Program-made: the position numbers and the translations under genes
NCBI GenBank assembly: GCA_030390025.1
Contig: JASTWF010000034.1
Span: 3,658,001 to 3,722,000, forward strand
DNA from: Squalus acanthias
Lineage: Eukaryota
DNA length: 64,000 nt
Direction of reading: 5' to 3'
In this document: in pieces, positions 62,039 through 64,000 of the stretch
Layout of the letters: the number at the start of each line of letters is the position of its first letter
Position numbering within the stretch: position 1 is the first letter of the stretch
Notes under the pieces: model-generated
What the model was told of the DNA's origin: nothing
What the model saw: the letters and a program-made list of their open reading frames with translations, nothing else
Database searches by the model: none

Positions 62039-62802
62039 GGCCCAGAAATTCCTGTCGCAGGCTTCCCGCGGGCGCAAGCCCCCGACCTGCACATAAGAAG
62101 CGCGCCTACCGTTATGCTCCCGGATCGCGCAGAATTCCGTTCCTGTGTCTGCTCCATCTGCCGGTGTGCAGGGCACGCGTAGCCCAGGGGCGCAGCTAGT
62201 TCGCAGCGTCCCTGGGATCACGTGGGCCATGGGGAGCCAATCGGAGCAGGGAATCTCCATTGGTAGATTTGACAGGAAGACTTGTCAAATCTATGAATAG
62301 AGATCGGCCCCAGAACCTAAGTAAAACTTCAAATATTTTTTTTTTAAAAACATCATATTTTTAAAATAGCTATAAATTGCATAAATTAACTACTTCTAGC
62401 AAAAATTTACATTTTTGAAAAAAATAATTTAATTTTTTAACGGGGCTAAAAATAAACTTACCTTTCTTTAATGTATTTTAAAGTGATAAACCTGTGGGAA
62501 AAATGTTTCACTTTTACTTTCTCCACCTCTTACCTTGTTAAAAGCAGGCCTTGCACCTGCTTTTTCCAAGCGCAGCTACTAGGGATTTACCCGCACTGCA
62601 TCAACTGAGAAAAAAACGGATGTTCGATGCCAATGCTCTGCCTCACCGGCGCACGCTGTTGACCAGCCAACCCCTTCCTTCAAGAGAACGGAAGTTTCGG
62701 TTTCCAGCGCGTGTGCAGTGCATGCGCGAACCCGGCACTTTGTTGGCCCTACGGGTGAGTACACAGCGCGTACTCACCCGTAGGGAACGGAATTTCAGGG
62801 CC
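62039..62802. mobile_element. Non-autonomous DNA transposon (PIF/Harbinger-type MITE), 764 bp
   Basis: Terminal inverted repeats ggcccagaaattcc / ggaatttcagggcc (13/14) with TTG duplicated on both sides. Confidence 0.8.
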
Positions 62803-63599
62803 TTGGTGTTCAGAAGCTGAGTGCTGCAGTGGAGTCAGACACTGACTGTTTGTATCACTGATATTCATTGCGGGTTTTCTCAATGATCATTAATTGAGAG
62901 ATTAAATTGCTCACTTTGGTATATTCTACCTCACCTGTTATAGATACTTTCTATAAGATTTACTTTTTCTTTCTACACGCAAGTACTTAGTCATAGGGGG
63001 AAAAATGTGGTTGCTTTGCGCCTCCCGTTAGCACCCTCGCAAAGCAACTAGCGCCCGGGCGCGGTGATATTTGCGCCGCTCGCGAAATTGGCCAGACATT
63101 TTGTGGTGGCATTGAACACTACTACCACTATCTCCTGCGCCCGCAGATCATGTCGTCTGTCGAGCGTGCAATGCCCCAGTAGTGCCCCGACCGGATATTG
63201 AGTGGCGCCCCCTGCGTTTCCGCCAGCCGCTAGCAACGCCAGGTCGAGGGGAATGTTTTGCAGTCGGGAAGGGTCTGGGGGAGCTCTATTTAAAGGCTTT
63301 TTTGTCGCCGACATTTTTGCACCACGCATTCTAAGAGAGAGAGTGAGACTTCTGGAGAGATTCAACGCTGTTTGAAGGAGTTTTGGGTACTGAGCAGCAC
63401 TTTGAAGGTTCATTTTGAGTTGACCTTCCTTGCATCGATTTAGAAGAGATTATGGGGGCCTTTCTCTGAGGTCTTTCCCTGGGCCTCTCCATTGTTCTTT
63501 CCAGCAGACTGAGCTACACATTACATCCCAGTCAAGAAATCTCTCAGTATCAGACAGAGATACATTATCAACTCCATTAGTGCAGACCGATCGGCACAT

Positions 63600-64000
63600 T
63601 TTTGTTTGTTTATGGGATTTTGGCGTCGCTGACAAGGCCAGCATGTATTTCCCATCTCCAGTTGTCCTTGAGAAGGTGGTGGTGAGCCGCCTCCTTGAAC
63701 CGCTGCAGTCCGTGTGGTGAAGGTACTTCCACAATGCTTTTAGGTAGGGAGTTCCAGGATATTGACCCAGCGACGATGAAGGATCGGCGATATACATCTC
63801 AGTCTGTATGATGTGTGACGTGGAGGGGAACTTGGAGGAAGTGATGTTCCCATACGCCTGCTGCCCTTGTCCTTCTAGGTGGAAGAGGTCGTGAATTTTT
63901 GAGGTGCTACCGAAGAAGCCTTGGCGAGTTGCTGCAGTGCATCTTGTAGATGGTACACTCTGCAGCCACGGTACGCTGGTGGTGGAGGGAGTGAATGTTT
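63600..64000 (-). mobile_element. 3' end of another LINE family, running off the window
   Basis: Minus-strand WNSLP...LQRFKEAAHHHL-type ORF2 C-terminus and a short simple-repeat tail near 63600. Confidence 0.65.

Noticed and set aside
62996..63600. Second Harbinger-like element end
   Set aside because: GC-rich palindromic start is suggestive, but no matching second terminus lies within the window.

Overview
Eukaryotic DNA, almost certainly from a cartilaginous fish (HE1/V-SINEs, CR1/HER1-type LINEs, L2 and Penelope elements). Bases ~303-30320 are one complete 45S rDNA unit on the minus strand: spacer repeats, duplicated Pol I promoter-like blocks, 5'ETS, 18S, ITS1, 5.8S, ITS2, 28S and downstream spacer repeats. 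The unit carries substitutions at invariant rRNA positions and three insertions. (1) A 1.7-kb non-coding element sits exactly at the canonical R2 site of 28S; its 5' end is built from three tandem HDV-like ribozyme modules, each preceded by a copy of the upstream 28S target (a non-autonomous R2/SIDE-like element with a ribozyme array, the most striking feature). (2) A young CR1 LINE with an intact ORF2 lies in 28S; ORF2 has no AUG before the end of the endonuclease domain and is reachable from ORF1 by a U-UUA-AAC -1 slippery site. (3) An HE1-type SINE lies in ITS1. The unit ends in an inverted spacer segment fused to CR1 debris. Bases 30.3-64 kb are transposon- and minisatellite-rich. They hold a CpG-island promoter with tandem CRE/RFX motifs, an L2 with twin-priming-type inversion, a Penelope element with a hammerhead motif, a local segmental duplication and a Harbinger-type MITE. 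No host protein-coding gene could be identified with confidence. Coordinates were read by eye; repeat boundaries are approximate.
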